NCBI GenBank assembly: GCA_963819825.1
Contig: CAWFXO010000002.1
Location: 219,186 to 283,185 of the forward strand
DNA: 64,000 nt
DNA from: an uncultured Acidobacteriota bacterium
GTDB lineage: Bacteria > Acidobacteriota > Terriglobia > Terriglobales > Acidobacteriaceae
Reading direction: 5' to 3'
The translations under genes were made by a program, and so were the position numbers. A model generated the notes under the pieces. The model ran no database searches, was not told the origin of the DNA, and saw only the letters and a program-made list of their open reading frames with translations. The stretch's first letter is position 1; the number at the start of each line of letters is the position of its first letter. Shown here in pieces: positions 11,801-21,930 of this stretch.

Positions 11801-13164
11801 ATTGGTCAGATCGTAAAAATCCGTGCCGCCCACCGCCACGTTGAATGGGGTGGAAGCAAAGCCGCTCACTTGCAAACCAAATCTCGCGGGCCCGATAGCA
11901 TTGAAATTGTCGCAGCCCGCTGCGCCGTTGTCCCCGGCGGAAATCATTACCGTAATGCCCTGCGACGCCGCCTGCTCCCACATTGCGCTAAGGCCCTGAT
12001 TCCCCGACGTGCCCAAGCCCAACTCGCAGAAGCCGTAACTCTCGCTCATGACCGGGGCCAGGTTGTTATCGATGATGTGTAAGGCCGAGAGATCAATGCC
12101 AGCAGTGGTTTCCGTGCTTTGCGCCACAACAAAATCGATTTGCGCGCCCTTGGCCACGGCACTCGACCACTCCACGTCCAAATCAGACTCAGTCTCTTCG
12201 CCGTCTTGGAGAATTCCCGGTGCTGGCCCGTCGTGGATCACATTCAAGATCACGGGGGGCAAGCCAAAGTAGTTTCGGAAATCGGCAACGTCCTGGGGAT
12301 TGATGTCGGTCTCGCCGACGATCGCGATCGTCTTGCCCGGTGCCGTCAATGGCGGGAGTGGCATTCCACAGCGGAGCCACGTTGTAGATGGTGGCGAAAT
12401 CGTACGGCCCCACTCCGTAACAATGACTCTGCACGCCGCAACTGCCGCCGAAGGTGGTCTCTGGGGTCACCGGAGTGACTTGCCCCGTAGATTTGTCTCG
12501 CGACACAGCACCCGTAACATGCAGCATGGGCTGGGCGGGAAAATTGTTCAGCGACATCACCCCCGCCACCGCCGGCGCCAGCGCCGCCGGAATCTGCGGG
12601 TCGCTGGCGTTGGCCCAGTGCTGTTGACCGTTCACCAGGTAGGCGTGGATCTGGGTGTGGAAGGCGGCCTCAACTTGCGCCTCCACGCCGGAAAATTCGA
12701 TCATAGTGCGTCCGTGCGCGACGCGGTTCACCTGGAAGCCGTGCGACTGCAGCCATCCGGTGACGAGTTGCAGGTCTTGATCCGACGGTCCGAAGTTAAT
12801 GCCGAATTCATCGGGAGTGAGCCACTTGTGGTAATTCGGAGAAGCTTTGTCCTGCTGGTCGTCGAGCAAGGTGCGCAGGGCATGGTCCTGCTGCGGGCTG
12901 CGCTTCAGCACCAGCAACATGCGCTGCAAGGGCAGGTCCGGCGGCGGCGACGCCGATATCAAACTGGGGTTGCGCCAGTGGGTGCGTGTTGCCCTTGAGC
13001 GTGGTGAGATGGCTCTCGTCGATCGGCTGGGTGATCAGCGGCTGGGCTTGCGAAAACTGCTGGGCAAAGCCCGGCACGGTCGCCAGCACAGAAAAAAGAA
13101 GACACACCAACAGACAGCCCACTCGGGGGAGACGAGTTTCCACTGGGTACACTCCTGCCCTCAA
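8861..13164 (-). CDS. S53 (sedolisin/kumamolisin-type) serine peptidase with long Ig-like repeat region and C-terminal TM/Cys-polyGly/FN3-like module; 2 frameshifts near the N-terminus
   Basis: Three pieces: 12808..13164 (signal peptide LLVCLLFSVLATVPGFAQQ), 12189..12962 (pro-kumamolisin-type propeptide, WLTPDEFGINFGPSDQDLQLVTGWLQSHGF) and 8861..12364. The last holds the catalytic domain (SESYGFCE, ISAGDNGAAGCD, GGTSASAPAFAGVMALV), about 600 aa of repeated GTVT-type beta modules, and the tail. The start codon is uncertain: TTG 13164 or GTG 13143. Frame switches lie near 12960 and 12340-12365. Confidence 0.85.
9251..9292 (-). repeat. (GGN)14 codon tract encoding Gly14 directly after a Cys inside the S53 gene
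   Basis: The plus strand reads tccgccgccacctccgccgccaccacctcctccgccgccgcc, followed by aca (Cys codon on the minus strand). Confidence 0.9.
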
Positions 13165-13395
13165 TGCGGAGCGACCATCCGTGCCGGTTGAGAGCCAAGC
13201 GCAAGAGCCGCGCGGGGAAGGGCCGGCAGCTCTGGACTCGAAATATTGCTCTAGTAGTTACCTTCCGTCAAGGGAATTTTCAAAACTTTAACTATTGGCC
13301 AAACCCGGCGGCATGTCCTGAGGGTGGCTTTCAGAGCCGGTTATGTCGAGAGAGTACGGGCTGATATCATGGGCGCGATCAAAAGGGAGTTTCGG

Positions 13396-14825
13396 ATGAG
13401 ACGACGTTGTCTACTTTGTGGAGTTCTGCCGGTTCTTTGCGCGCGCTTCTGCTCGTCAGCACAGACCCGAGCGGCCACCATCCTTGCCCCCACGCCGCCC
13501 ATGGGATGGAACAGTTGGGACTCCTACGGCACCACCATCACCGAAGCCGACGTCCGCGCCAACGCCAAGTGGATCGCCGAAAACCTGAAGCCCTACGGCT
13601 GGCAATACGTCGTCGTGGACATGGAATGGTTCGCCATCAATCCGAAAGCCAGCGGCAACTCCAAGACTCCGCAGCTCAGCATGGACGAATTCGGCCGCTA
13701 CACTCCCGACGTCAACCGCTTCCCTTCCTCCGCCAACGGCGCCGGATTCAAGCCGCTCGCCGACTACGTTCATTCCCTCGGCCTCAAGTTTGGGCTGCAC
13801 ATCGTCCGCGGCATTCCTCGGCAGGCGGTTGACCAATAATCTTCCAATTGCCGATTCCGCTTTCCACGCCGCCGACGCCGCCAACACTTCCGACGCCTGC
13901 CCGTGGAACTCCGACAACTGGGGCCTCGACCCGTCCAAGCCCGCCGCGCAGGCTTATTACGATTCCATCGCCAAGCTCTACGCCGGTTGGGGCGCCGACT
14001 TCGTGAAGGCCGACTGCATCGCCAGCCGCCCATATAAAGGAGAAGAAATCCGCATGTTGAGCACGGCGCTGCGCAAGACCGGCCGCCCGATTGTGCTGAG
14101 CCTTTCTCCCGGCGCCGCGCCGCTCGACAAAGTTGACGAGATGCGGCAGTACGCCGACATGTGGCGCATCTCCGACGACGTGTGGGACATGTGGCACAGC
14201 GACGTTCCCTACCCGCAAGGTTTAGGAGACCAGTTCCCCCGCGTCGCCGCGTGGGCGCCGCTCACCCAGCCCGGCCGCTGGCCCGACGCCGACATGCTCC
14301 CCTTCGGATACCTCGGCCCCGCCCCCGGCTACGGCGAGCCCCGCCAAACCAAGCTTACCCACGACGAACAGCGCAGCTTCTTCACTCTCGTGGTGCATGT
14401 TCCGCTCCCCGCTGATGTGGGGAGGCAATCCCACCAAGAGCGACGCTTGGACGGTCTCGTTGCTGACCAACCAAGAAGTGCTGGATGTGGATCAGCACTC
14501 GACGGGAAATCGCATGGCGATAATGCAGCCCACGCGGATCGACATCGGAAAGGAAGGCGAATCGAAAGCAGCCCAACTGACTTCGTCGGCTAACACTATC
14601 GTCTGGACCGCTCGTCCTAGCAAGGGCAGCGGGTACTACGTCGCAGTTTTCAACATGGGGGATGCGTTACAGACGGAACACTTCGCCTGGCAAGACCTAT
14701 CGCTGCCAAAAGGAAAGCATGCTGTGCGCGATTTGTGGGAGCACAAAGACCTGCCGCGGGCCACATCTTTGGATGTAACCCTGCCGCCGCATGGCTGCGT
14801 GCTGTATCGGGTGTCGGCGCCATAA
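13396..14825 (+). CDS. GH27-family alpha-galactosidase-like glycoside hydrolase, secreted; 2 frameshifts in the given sequence
   Basis: ATG 13396 lies 8 nt after GGGAG, with signal peptide MRRRCLLCGVLPVLCARFCSSAQT. Motifs PPMGWNSWDSYG, YVVVDMEWF, GLKFGLHIVRGIPRQAV and ADFVKADC. Pieces are 13324..13839, 13790..14593 and 14397..14825. The junction at 13837 reads caa-T-aat, creating a TAA. Confidence 0.8.
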
Positions 14826-14838
14826 GAGAAGCGATCGT

Positions 14839-14903
14839 TGTAGGGGCAGGTGCCCTCACCTGCCCCACCACGGACGTATGGTGGAGCACAGGGCACCTGC
14901 TCT
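14839..14903 (+). repeat. REP element copy 1 (tgtaggggcaggtgccctcacctgccccaccac...ggtggagcacagggcacctgctct)
   Basis: It contains a 9-bp hairpin ggggcaggt/acctgcccc and a second imperfect hairpin. It overlaps the stop codon of the RAYT gene. Confidence 0.85.
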
Positions 14904-15369
14904 AAGGTTTGGGTTTCGGCTTCATCCACAACCACGGATACTCGCCCGGAAGATTCACCAGCCCCTTGCGAACAGGATTCGCCACCACATAAGCGATCTT
15001 CGCGTCCAAACTCTCGTCCGACCGCACCACATGATCAAACGACTCCTCCAGCCAAACCGGCCCACGTCGCTTTAGCCGACGATTGATTGCATGCGCCGCT
15101 GTTCCCTTGATTCCCTTCATGATCTCGGAAATAGAAGAAATCATCATGCGATCTCGGTCCTCCAATGGCGTGAGGATCATGTGCACGTGGTCCGGCATCA
15201 CAATCGCAACGTATAGCTTGTAACTCGTGTCGTGACCGTGAGTGCAGCAGTCGAGCACGATCTTCCTAGCCCAGTCCGCCAGGACGCGGCGATCTTTCGT
15301 ACAGAAGGTTATGAAGTGAGGCCGGTAGTCGCGCTGAACGTGAGGCAGATTGCGGCGATGGAAGCTCAC
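14902..15369 (-). CDS. REP-associated tyrosine transposase (RAYT, Y1 HUH transposase family)
   Basis: Intact 155-aa ORF. HUH motif in MPDHVHMIL and catalytic-Tyr motif IAYVVANPVRKGLV. The N-terminus RRNLPHVQRDYRPHFITFCT is typical of RAYTs. Confidence 0.85.
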   Translation of the reverse strand: MSFHRRNLPHVQRDYRPHFITFCTKDRRVLADWARKIVLDCCTHGHDTSYKLYVAIVMPDHVHMILTPLEDRDRMMISSISEIMKGIKGTAAHAINRRLKRRGPVWLEESFDHVVRSDESLDAKIAYVVANPVRKGLVNLPGEYPWLWMKPKPKP

Positions 15370-15454
15370 TGGATTTATTGTCTGATGAGAGTTCGCCGGC
15401 TCGACAAGAATTTCAATTCAGAGTTTCATTCTGGGAATGAGGAGACACACGTCC

Positions 15455-15518
15455 AGAGCAGGTGCCCCGTGCTCCACTCCAGACCCGTGGGGGGCAGGTG
15501 GGGGCACCTGCCCCTACA
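15455..15518 (-). repeat. REP element copy 2 (inverted relative to copy 1)
   Basis: agagcaggtgccccgtgctccactccagacccgtggggggcaggtgggggcacctgcccctaca matches the reverse complement of copy 1 with a few mismatches. Confidence 0.85.
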
Positions 15519-15564
15519 CGAGCAGAGTTGTGGAGGCCGCTACAGAACGGAGGTAAGGTCAGCG

Positions 15565-15640
15565 TGGAGGCCCCGTCCGGAATCGAACCGGAATTACCGG
15601 TTTAGGAAACCGGTGCTCTATCCATTTGAGCTACGGGGCC
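15565..15640 (-). tRNA. tRNA-Arg (anticodon CCT), CCA encoded
   Basis: Cloverleaf folded by hand on the reverse complement: acceptor GGCCCCG/CGGGGCC; D arm GCTC-AAATGGATA-GAGC; anticodon arm CCGGT-TTCCTAA-ACCGG; variable TAAT; T arm TCCGG-TTCGATT-CCGGA; discriminator T; CCA. Total 76 nt. Confidence 0.95.
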
Positions 15641-15708
15641 GCAGATTCAGTTTATCGAGAGCGCTTCAGTCTTCGAAAGCCCACAGCAAGATTCGCCGCC
15701 AACGCGCC

Positions 15709-17819
15709 TCACTTCCCCAGCGCGAACGCCACATACACCCCGCCCGACTTCGACTTCGGGTCTTTGCCGCCGCCGGCGGCGATGACTACGTACTGGCGGC
15801 CATTCACTTCGTAGGTGATCGGCGTGGCGTTGCCGGAGAAAGGGAGCGTCGTCTCCCACAGCAGCTCGCCGGTGGATTTATCGAAGGCGCGGAATTTTTT
15901 GTCGAAGTTGGTGGCTCCGATAAAGAGCAGGCCGCCGGCGGTGACGATGGGGCCGCCGTAGTTGTCGCGTGCCGGTGTTCTTCAATCCCTGGGCGGCGAG
16001 TTCGGGATACTCGCCCAGCGGAATCTTCCACGCGTATTCGCCGGTATTCAGGTTGATCGCGTTCAGCGTTCCCCACGGCGGCGCGACCGCCGGATAACCG
16101 TCGGGATCGTAGAAACTTTTTGTATCCGGTGAAGCGGTATTTCATGTGCGGCGCTGGCTCCATCGGAGTCGGCATGCTCTTTGCCGCTTTGCGTCAGATA
16201 ACCGATCAGCGCGTTGACTTGCGCGGCGGAAAGGTTAGGGAAAGCCGGCATTCTTCCTCCGCCTTTTTGAATGCGGTCGGCGATTGCGGCTCGCGTCAGG
16301 CGGCTGCCCACGCCGAGCAGCGACGGAAACACCGGCGGCGATCCAGCGCGATTGTCGCCGTGGCAGATGGAGCACTGCGTCTGATAAATGCCGGCGCCGC
16401 TGGAATCGTCGGCGGTGTTCTCGGCCAGCGCGCCTGTCCACGGCAGGTCGTTGGCGTTCACATAAAGGATGCCGGACTCGGGATCGAACGCCGGCCCGCC
16501 CCATTCCGCGCCGCCATCGAATCCCGGGAAAGACGACGGTGTCTTTGCCCACGCTGAACGGAACGAACTGTCCTTCGCTGCGAAAAGTCCGAAACTGCTC
16601 GACCGCCCACTGATGCACCTCCGGCGTGCGATTGGTCAGCATGTCTTCGGTCAGAAGCTGACGCGCAAACGGCGCGGGCTTCGTGGGAAGCGGCTGCTCT
16701 TCGGCCGCAACTTCTCCGGGAGTCGTGCTCGGCGGATACTTGCGGTACTCGATGGGAAACAGCGGCGCTCCGTTGGCGCGATTGAAAAGATAGACGAATC
16801 CCTGCTTGGTAGTCTGCGCGACCGCGGCAACGTCTTTGCCGTCGCGCTTGACGGTGACCAGCACCGGCGGCGCAGGAAAATCGCGGTCCCACAGGTCGTG
16901 CCGCACTCCCTGGAAATGCCAGATGCGCTTGCCGGTTTCGGCGTTGAGCGCGATCAGGCAGTTGGCGAAAAGATCGTCGCCGAGCCGGTCAGCGCCGTAA
17001 AAATCGAACGCCGCCGAGCCGGTCGGAACATAGACAATGCCGGTCTTCGAATCCAGCGACATGCCCGCCCAGTTGTTGGCCGCGCCGCTGGTCTTCCAGC
17101 GTCTTTTGGCCAGGTGTCGTAGCCAACTTCGCCGGGATGCGGAATGGTGTGAAAGCTCCAGCGCATTTTCCCGGTGCGGACGTCGATAGGCGCGAATGTC
17201 GCCGGGAGGCGCGGGCAGCGTCTCCGGCTCGCGGCCTCCGACGATGAGCAAATCTTTGTAGACCACCACCGGGCTGCTGAGGACGATGGACGCCGTCGCG
17301 GGATCGCGGCCCAGATCCTTGCGCAGATCAATTCTTCCGTGATCGCCGAAGGTCGCGATCGGCTCCCCGGTGTCGGCGTCGAGGGCGTAGAGAAAGTTCA
17401 TCACGCCGACAAGGATGCGGCGGTCTTTGTTGTCGGACTGCTCCAGTAGGCCAGCCCACGATCCGGCTGCGTGCCCACGATGCCCGGAATCGTATTTCCA
17501 CTTGAGCGCGCCGGTGGCGGCGTCGAGCGCGAAGATCTTCTGCGATGGCGAAGTCCCGTAGAGGACTCCATTGACGACGATGGGGCTGGTCTGCAATCCG
17601 CCGGATTCTCCGGTGTCGAAGGTCCAAGCGACCTGCAACTGCTTCACGTTGGATTTGTTGATCTGTGTCAGCGGTGAGTAGTGGCCGCCTTCGAGGGCGC
17701 CGCCGTAGACCGGCCAGTCACGATTCTTGTGGCCGAGCAGTCTGGGCATCAAGATAGGCGGTAGCAAGCGCGAGGACGATCAGCGCTCTCATCAGAAGGA
17801 AGTTGGATTTGGATTGCAT
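15709..17819 (-). CDS. PQQ-dependent dehydrogenase (beta-propeller) with embedded c-type cytochrome domain, multiply frameshifted in the given sequence
   Basis: ATG 17819 gives signal peptide [26 protein letters not shown]. The propeller starts [21 protein letters not shown]...[14 protein letters not shown] (ORF 16235..17767). The heme site CSICH lies in ORF 16063..16461. The propeller resumes in the frame of ORF 15804..16175 and, after one further frame switch, ends ...[27 protein letters not shown] with TGA at 15709-15711. There are at least 7 frame switches. Confidence 0.8.
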
Positions 17820-17980
17820 GTCGCTTCGCGTTTCTACGCGCAGCGAGGGGGAACGGTCAAGGGGAAACGTGCAGGCGGCGGAGTGGCCCACCTTTCGCAA
17901 AGAACGCGAAAAGCCTGCCCTGAGCGAACTCGAAGGGATGGGGCACCCACATTTTTTCTGGTACGAGCGAAACCCCGGAC

Positions 17981-19465
17981 CTAGTTCTCGGTCGCCTCCG
18001 GCGGCGGTGGCGGCTCCGACGACCTTGCCCGCTTTGGGCGGGGTGGGTGGGACCGGCGTCGCCACTCCCTTGCGGATCTCGATGCTGCCGTGCTCGAGGT
18101 TCAGTACCATGTGCGGGCCGCCGCCGTTTACCGATCCGGTGGCGGTTGAGCGATTGTCGCCGTTATCAACTTTCAGCTGCGGAAAATCCGACTCGATTTC
18201 TCCGTCGCGGGCCTGCGCATCCACCTGGAAGGCCGCCTTTTCCGGAACGAAAATCCGGATGTCGCCCTGCGCGTTGGTCACTTCCACGCTGCCCAACTTG
18301 TTGAGATGGATTTCCACCGCGCCGTTCTCATTGTTCAGGTGCACGTCGCTGGTGATGCCGTTCAGCATGATGTCCTTGGAGCGAGTGCGCAGACGCAGCG
18401 GCCCGGTCAGGCTGGAGGCTTCAAGATCGCCGGAGTCAAGATTCAGATAGCCGTCGAGTTTGGTGAAATCCATGTCCGTGCGCGTGGACTTGAAGCTGAC
18501 CGTCTTGGCAATGCGCGTCAGCTTGACGCTCTCCATGAAGTCGCCGTCGAGTCGTACTGCGCCTTTCACGTCTTCGAGCGAAATATCCTTGCCACGGCCC
18601 TGCACGGTCACGTCGGACGAAATCTGCGATGCCCGCACGGAACTGCCGTCGAGGTTCAGGGTGAGAGTGCCGTTCAGATCGGTGACGGAAACATCGCCGT
18701 CCTGGCTGGTGATGTCGGCGTTGCCGTCGCGACCCATGACGCTGATGTCGCCGTGGCGCGTTGCGATCATCGACCGCCGCTTTGCGCGGCACGGAAATAT
18801 CCAGATCGGTGCTGACCCAATGATCGCCCGCGCCCTGCGTGTTGGCGTTCACCAGCACCGTGCCGCCGCTCAGGCTGATTTGCGGCTGTGTGGATTTATT
18901 CCAGCGGTCGGCTTCCTCCTGCCGTTCAGCATTGACCCGCTTGTGCACGGTGACGTGAATGTTGTTGTCCACTGACGCGGTCAGGTTGACAGCGCCGCGC
19001 TCGTTGGTCACGCGCAGAGTATCGCCCGCGGGAAACGCCTGCTGCATGTCATCGGTGTAGTCGTAGGTGTGCCCCCACCACGGGACGTCGCCTTGGATGT
19101 GCATTTGATCGCGGAATTCCTGCCAGTTCACGCGATAGGCTTCGGTCGCAGTCAATCCCAGAATGACGATGAAGATGATCAGACAGCACGCCGCCTGCGC
19201 CGATGCCGCGAGGATGCACGCCGGCGCGGTTGGCATTCTGGTATTCGATCAGCTTGATGATGCCCCAAAGAATCAGCAGCGCCGGCCAGTAGTGCGCAAA
19301 CCAGTAGCCGAGTCGGTGAAATTCGATCAGCCCCATGTTCCCCAGCAGGAAGAGAACGCCGATCAGGATCAACACGACCGGGCCTGCGAAGGAGCGTGGC
19401 TGACGCGGCCTCATGGGAGGCGGCGGAGCCGGTGGCATGGGTGGAACTTTCGTTGCGCTAGCCAT
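17981..19465 (-). CDS. membrane protein with N-terminal LiaF/DUF5668-like TM hairpin and C-terminal DUF4097 (putative adhesin beta-helix) repeats; frameshifted
   Basis: Pieces 19049..19465 (FAGPVVLILIGVLFLLGNMG...WPALLILWGIIKLIEY), 18436..19236 and 17718..18770 (repeated GDISV/GDVSV/GDIRI beta-strand motifs). As given there is no in-frame stop before the next gene. The likely true end is ...KVVEPPPPPEATEN with TAG at 17981-17983 in the adjacent frame. Confidence 0.7.
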
Positions 19466-20393
19466 TGTTGTTCACCTCGCTATTGACTTCGCTCGGGGGC
19501 TGTTGCTGTGGAGGAATGTCGCTGCCCGCCTGCGGACCGGGGAACGTTGGTCCGCCGCTATGACCCGATCGCTCCATCAGTTTGATGACGCCAATCACCA
19601 GAAGAATCACTGGCCAGGTGCGGTTCCACCCTGGAACACCCCACCAGCGGTCATGCAGATTGTTCAGCAGTGACAGCACGCCCACGGTGATGAGCACGGC
19701 CGGGCCAGCAAAACTGCGATGACGCATGTCGCCACGGTCGTTGCATGCTTTGCGCTTGGCGAGCAACCACAAGCCGAGCCCTATCAAAAGAACCGGCCAC
19801 AGGGTGTCGAATTCAAGGAACCAGATATTCAGGTTGTGCAACAGAAACAGCACGCCGAGCCCGATCAAGACCAGAGCACCTGTAGGAACGCCCCGTGAAA
19901 AATCCGCCTTCTCACCCGGACTAAACATTGTCGCTAGCCCGAACGGATCGGGCGGGGGCTGGTTGGCCTGAATCGCTTTGGCAGTTTTGACCGCATCGAT
20001 GATCTGGTACACGACGAAGAAGGCCATCGTGATGCCCAGAATCGGATACAAGTAGTCGGGAAGGCTCGAGCTCAGGGCAACAACAAGAAACACGAAAATA
20101 CCAAGGTGAGTCAGTCCCTTCGTGTATTGCCCGTTATAAATCGCTCCCACCCCAAACGGAATGGCCCCGAGAATACCGGCCAATCCCGGATTTGGTCCAG
20201 CGCTGACTGGCTGCACGGGTCCCGAATATCCCGGAGCGATGGCCGGAGGCGCAGTGCCCGCCATTTTCTCCGCGACACAGTTCTCGCAGTAAATCACGCC
20301 CATTACTGGGCGGGTGCAATTCGTGCAGAGCGGCTTGCCGCAAGTGCGGCAGTACGCTGCTGCGGGAGTTTGCTGATGATTAGCGCAGTTCAT
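19458..20393 (-). CDS. B-box-type zinc-finger membrane protein with TM2-like segment and two LiaF/DUF5668-like TM hairpins
   Basis: Intact 311-aa ORF. Cys-rich N-terminus CANHQQTPAAAYCRTCGKPLCTNCTRPVMGVIYCENC. Two copies of the G-x-LVLIGLGVLFLL...WP-LL-G hairpin are also found in the downstream gene. Its start overlaps the anti-sigma stop as ATGA. Confidence 0.7.
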   Translation of the reverse strand: MNCANHQQTPAAAYCRTCGKPLCTNCTRPVMGVIYCENCVAEKMAGTAPPAIAPGYSGPVQPVSAGPNPGLAGILGAIPFGVGAIYNGQYTKGLTHLGIFVFLVVALSSSLPDYLYPILGITMAFFVVYQIIDAVKTAKAIQANQPPPDPFGLATMFSPGEKADFSRGVPTGALVLIGLGVLFLLHNLNIWFLEFDTLWPVLLIGLGLWLLAKRKACNDRGDMRHRSFAGPAVLITVGVLSLLNNLHDRWWGVPGWNRTWPVILLVIGVIKLMERSGHSGGPTFPGPQAGSDIPPQQQPPSEVNSEVNNNG

Positions 20394-21157
20394 ACGAACC
20401 TCCTGTATGTGGTTTCCGACACTACAGGTGGATCATTGGAAAGAGAGGCAAACACCGGCTGGCTCCCTTCCTGGCTGTAGTTGCGTTCCTGTTTTTGTTC
20501 GGGTTGCCCACTGGTATTGTTCTTGGTTTTATCCTTCCGGTCGTTGTTATCGTTCTGCGGTTCCGGTGGAGCTGGCGCGGGCGCGGTAGCCTCTTTGAAC
20601 TGGCGCACCCGGGCCTGAATTTCATACACGAAGCGAATGTTCTCGTAGTACTTCACCACACGTCCTGAGGTCTCATAGTAATTCCGGCGAATCGCGCTGG
20701 GACGAAGATCAAGATGCCGTAGGTCGCTCAGCCGCACGCCCGCAAGACTCAAGCTCACGGACAAAGTGAAGAACGCCATCCCGAATGACATGGCGAATCT
20801 CGGCTGCCTCGCGGCCGCGACCACCGGCGAGTAAATCATTCCCGCCCAGTCGCGCACGCGATCCATCCAGGTAATGGTGGTTGCGCCCGCAGGAACGCGG
20901 GAGCGCGATGTCACCACGCCGCTGGTCCGCAGCAGGACGTTTGTGACCAAATCTGCCGGGGGCTCAACCTCCGCCAAAGATTTCAGCCAGCCATGGCCGG
21001 CCTCGGCTTCCTGCAAGAGTGGGCCACAAGTCTGGCATCCCTGCCCGTGGGCTTCGAATGCCGCCAGCCTTTCGCCGGAAAGGGTGCCGTCGATGGCCTG
21101 ACTCAGCAGAGCGTCGAACTCTGAGCACTGCATCCCGTTATGTTCTTTTTCCTTCAT
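20390..21157 (-). CDS. anti-sigma factor (zf-HC2-type zinc finger, one TM segment)
   Basis: The N-terminus CSEFDALLSQAIDGTLSGERLAAFEAHGQGCQTCGPLL matches the H-x3-C-x2-C anti-sigma motif. The start overlaps the ECF sigma stop by 1 nt (TAATG). Confidence 0.7.
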   Translation of the reverse strand: MKEKEHNGMQCSEFDALLSQAIDGTLSGERLAAFEAHGQGCQTCGPLLQEAEAGHGWLKSLAEVEPPADLVTNVLLRTSGVVTSRSRVPAGATTITWMDRVRDWAGMIYSPVVAAARQPRFAMSFGMAFFTLSVSLSLAGVRLSDLRHLDLRPSAIRRNYYETSGRVVKYYENIRFVYEIQARVRQFKEATAPAPAPPEPQNDNNDRKDKTKNNTSGQPEQKQERNYSQEGSQPVFASLSNDPPVVSETTYRRFV

Positions 21158-21756
21158 TACATTACCTGCCTATATGTACGTTGAAGTAGGCGCGCAAGTT
21201 CCGCACGCCCCCGGTTAATCCTCGACTTGACTGTGCCTTCTGGAACCTTTAGTACCGTAGCGATGTCACGATAGTCCAAATCCTGTAAGTCCCTTAGAAT
21301 CACAGCTTCACGCAGTTCTGGGGAGAGCTTCTGGAGGGCCTGGTGGACGGTTTCGCCGGCTTCTCGGCTTTGTACTCTGGAATCCGGCGCCGGCCCGCGG
21401 TCGGGAATCTGTTCTGACAACGGCATGGCGTCTTCGTGGTCGGAGGAAACCGTGTCCAGAGAATCGGTCATGCGCTCCTGCTTGGTCTTGCGGAAATGGT
21501 CCACCAAGAGATTGCGGGTAATGGTGGTGACCCAGGTCATGAAGGCGCCGCGGTCAACGTCGTACGAGTTGAGCGTGCGATACATCTTGATGAAAACCTC
21601 CTGGGTCAAATCCTCCGCGTCATCACCCGATCCGGCGAACCGGTAACAGATGTTGTAGATGCGGCGGTGATATTTTTGGACGATCTCCTCCCATGCGGCG
21701 GCGTCGCCCGAAACGCAGCGACGGACCAGCAAAGCAGCCACATGGGCGTCTTCCAA
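21157..21756 (-). CDS. ECF-type RNA polymerase sigma-70 family factor
   Basis: Intact ORF. Region 2 (DAEDLTQEVFIKMYRTLNSYD, FMTWVTTITRNLLVDHFR) and region 4 (LRDLQDLDYRDIATVLKVPEGTVKSRINRGR) are present. TTG start at 21756 with GGGGAG 5 nt upstream; GTG 21741 is an alternative. Confidence 0.9.
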   Translation of the reverse strand: MEDAHVAALLVRRCVSGDAAAWEEIVQKYHRRIYNICYRFAGSGDDAEDLTQEVFIKMYRTLNSYDVDRGAFMTWVTTITRNLLVDHFRKTKQERMTDSLDTVSSDHEDAMPLSEQIPDRGPAPDSRVQSREAGETVHQALQKLSPELREAVILRDLQDLDYRDIATVLKVPEGTVKSRINRGRAELARLLQRTYRQVM

Positions 21757-21900
21757 ATCGCACTCCCCGGAGTTCTTTGCGGGTGGGGCTTTGAGCCGTC
21801 AGCCGTCGGTCGCAGTCGTCAGGAAACCTGCTTTACCTGATGGCTGAGAGCTGACGGCCGAGAGCTGTTGCTGAGACCAGCCCCATCCGCTTCGGTCTAA

Positions 21901-21930
21901 AGATACGCGCAACTGGCGGTAGAAGTTCAG
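21901..21930 (-). promoter_or_regulatory. candidate ECF-type promoter (TGAACTT-N-CGTATC) upstream of the sigma operon
   Basis: The minus strand reads GCTGAACTTCTACCGCCAGTTGCGCGTATCT. GAAC and CGT are separated by 17 nt, like GGAAC-N17-CGTT ECF promoters. This is a motif match only. Confidence 0.25.

Larger units (their letters stand above)
14839..15518 (-). mobile_element. REP-RAYT-REP unit (domesticated IS200/IS605-like tyrosine transposase flanked by inverted REP copies)
   Basis: The two about 65-nt REP copies, 14839..14903 and 15455..15518, are near-perfect reverse complements of each other. They bracket ORF 14902..15369. Confidence 0.8.

Noticed and set aside
15370-15710. tRNA-Arg considered as the attachment site of an integrated island or prophage
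   Set aside because: There is no integrase, no phage genes, and no direct repeat of the tRNA 3' end in the window. The only mobile feature nearby is the RAYT/REP unit.
15232-16056. 274-aa plus-strand ORF spanning the RAYT upstream region, the tRNA and the dehydrogenase 3' end
   Set aside because: It runs straight through a tRNA gene and a REP element and is antisense to conserved propeller sequence. It is not credible as a gene.
17820-17980. Intergenic hairpins (tttcgc-aaagaac-gcgaaa and cgcttcgcg-tttctac-gcgcagcg) between the DUF4097 gene and the PQQ dehydrogenase gene, considered as a further REP family or sRNA
   Set aside because: Only a single copy is visible in this window. The stems are short, and I cannot show repetition or conservation.
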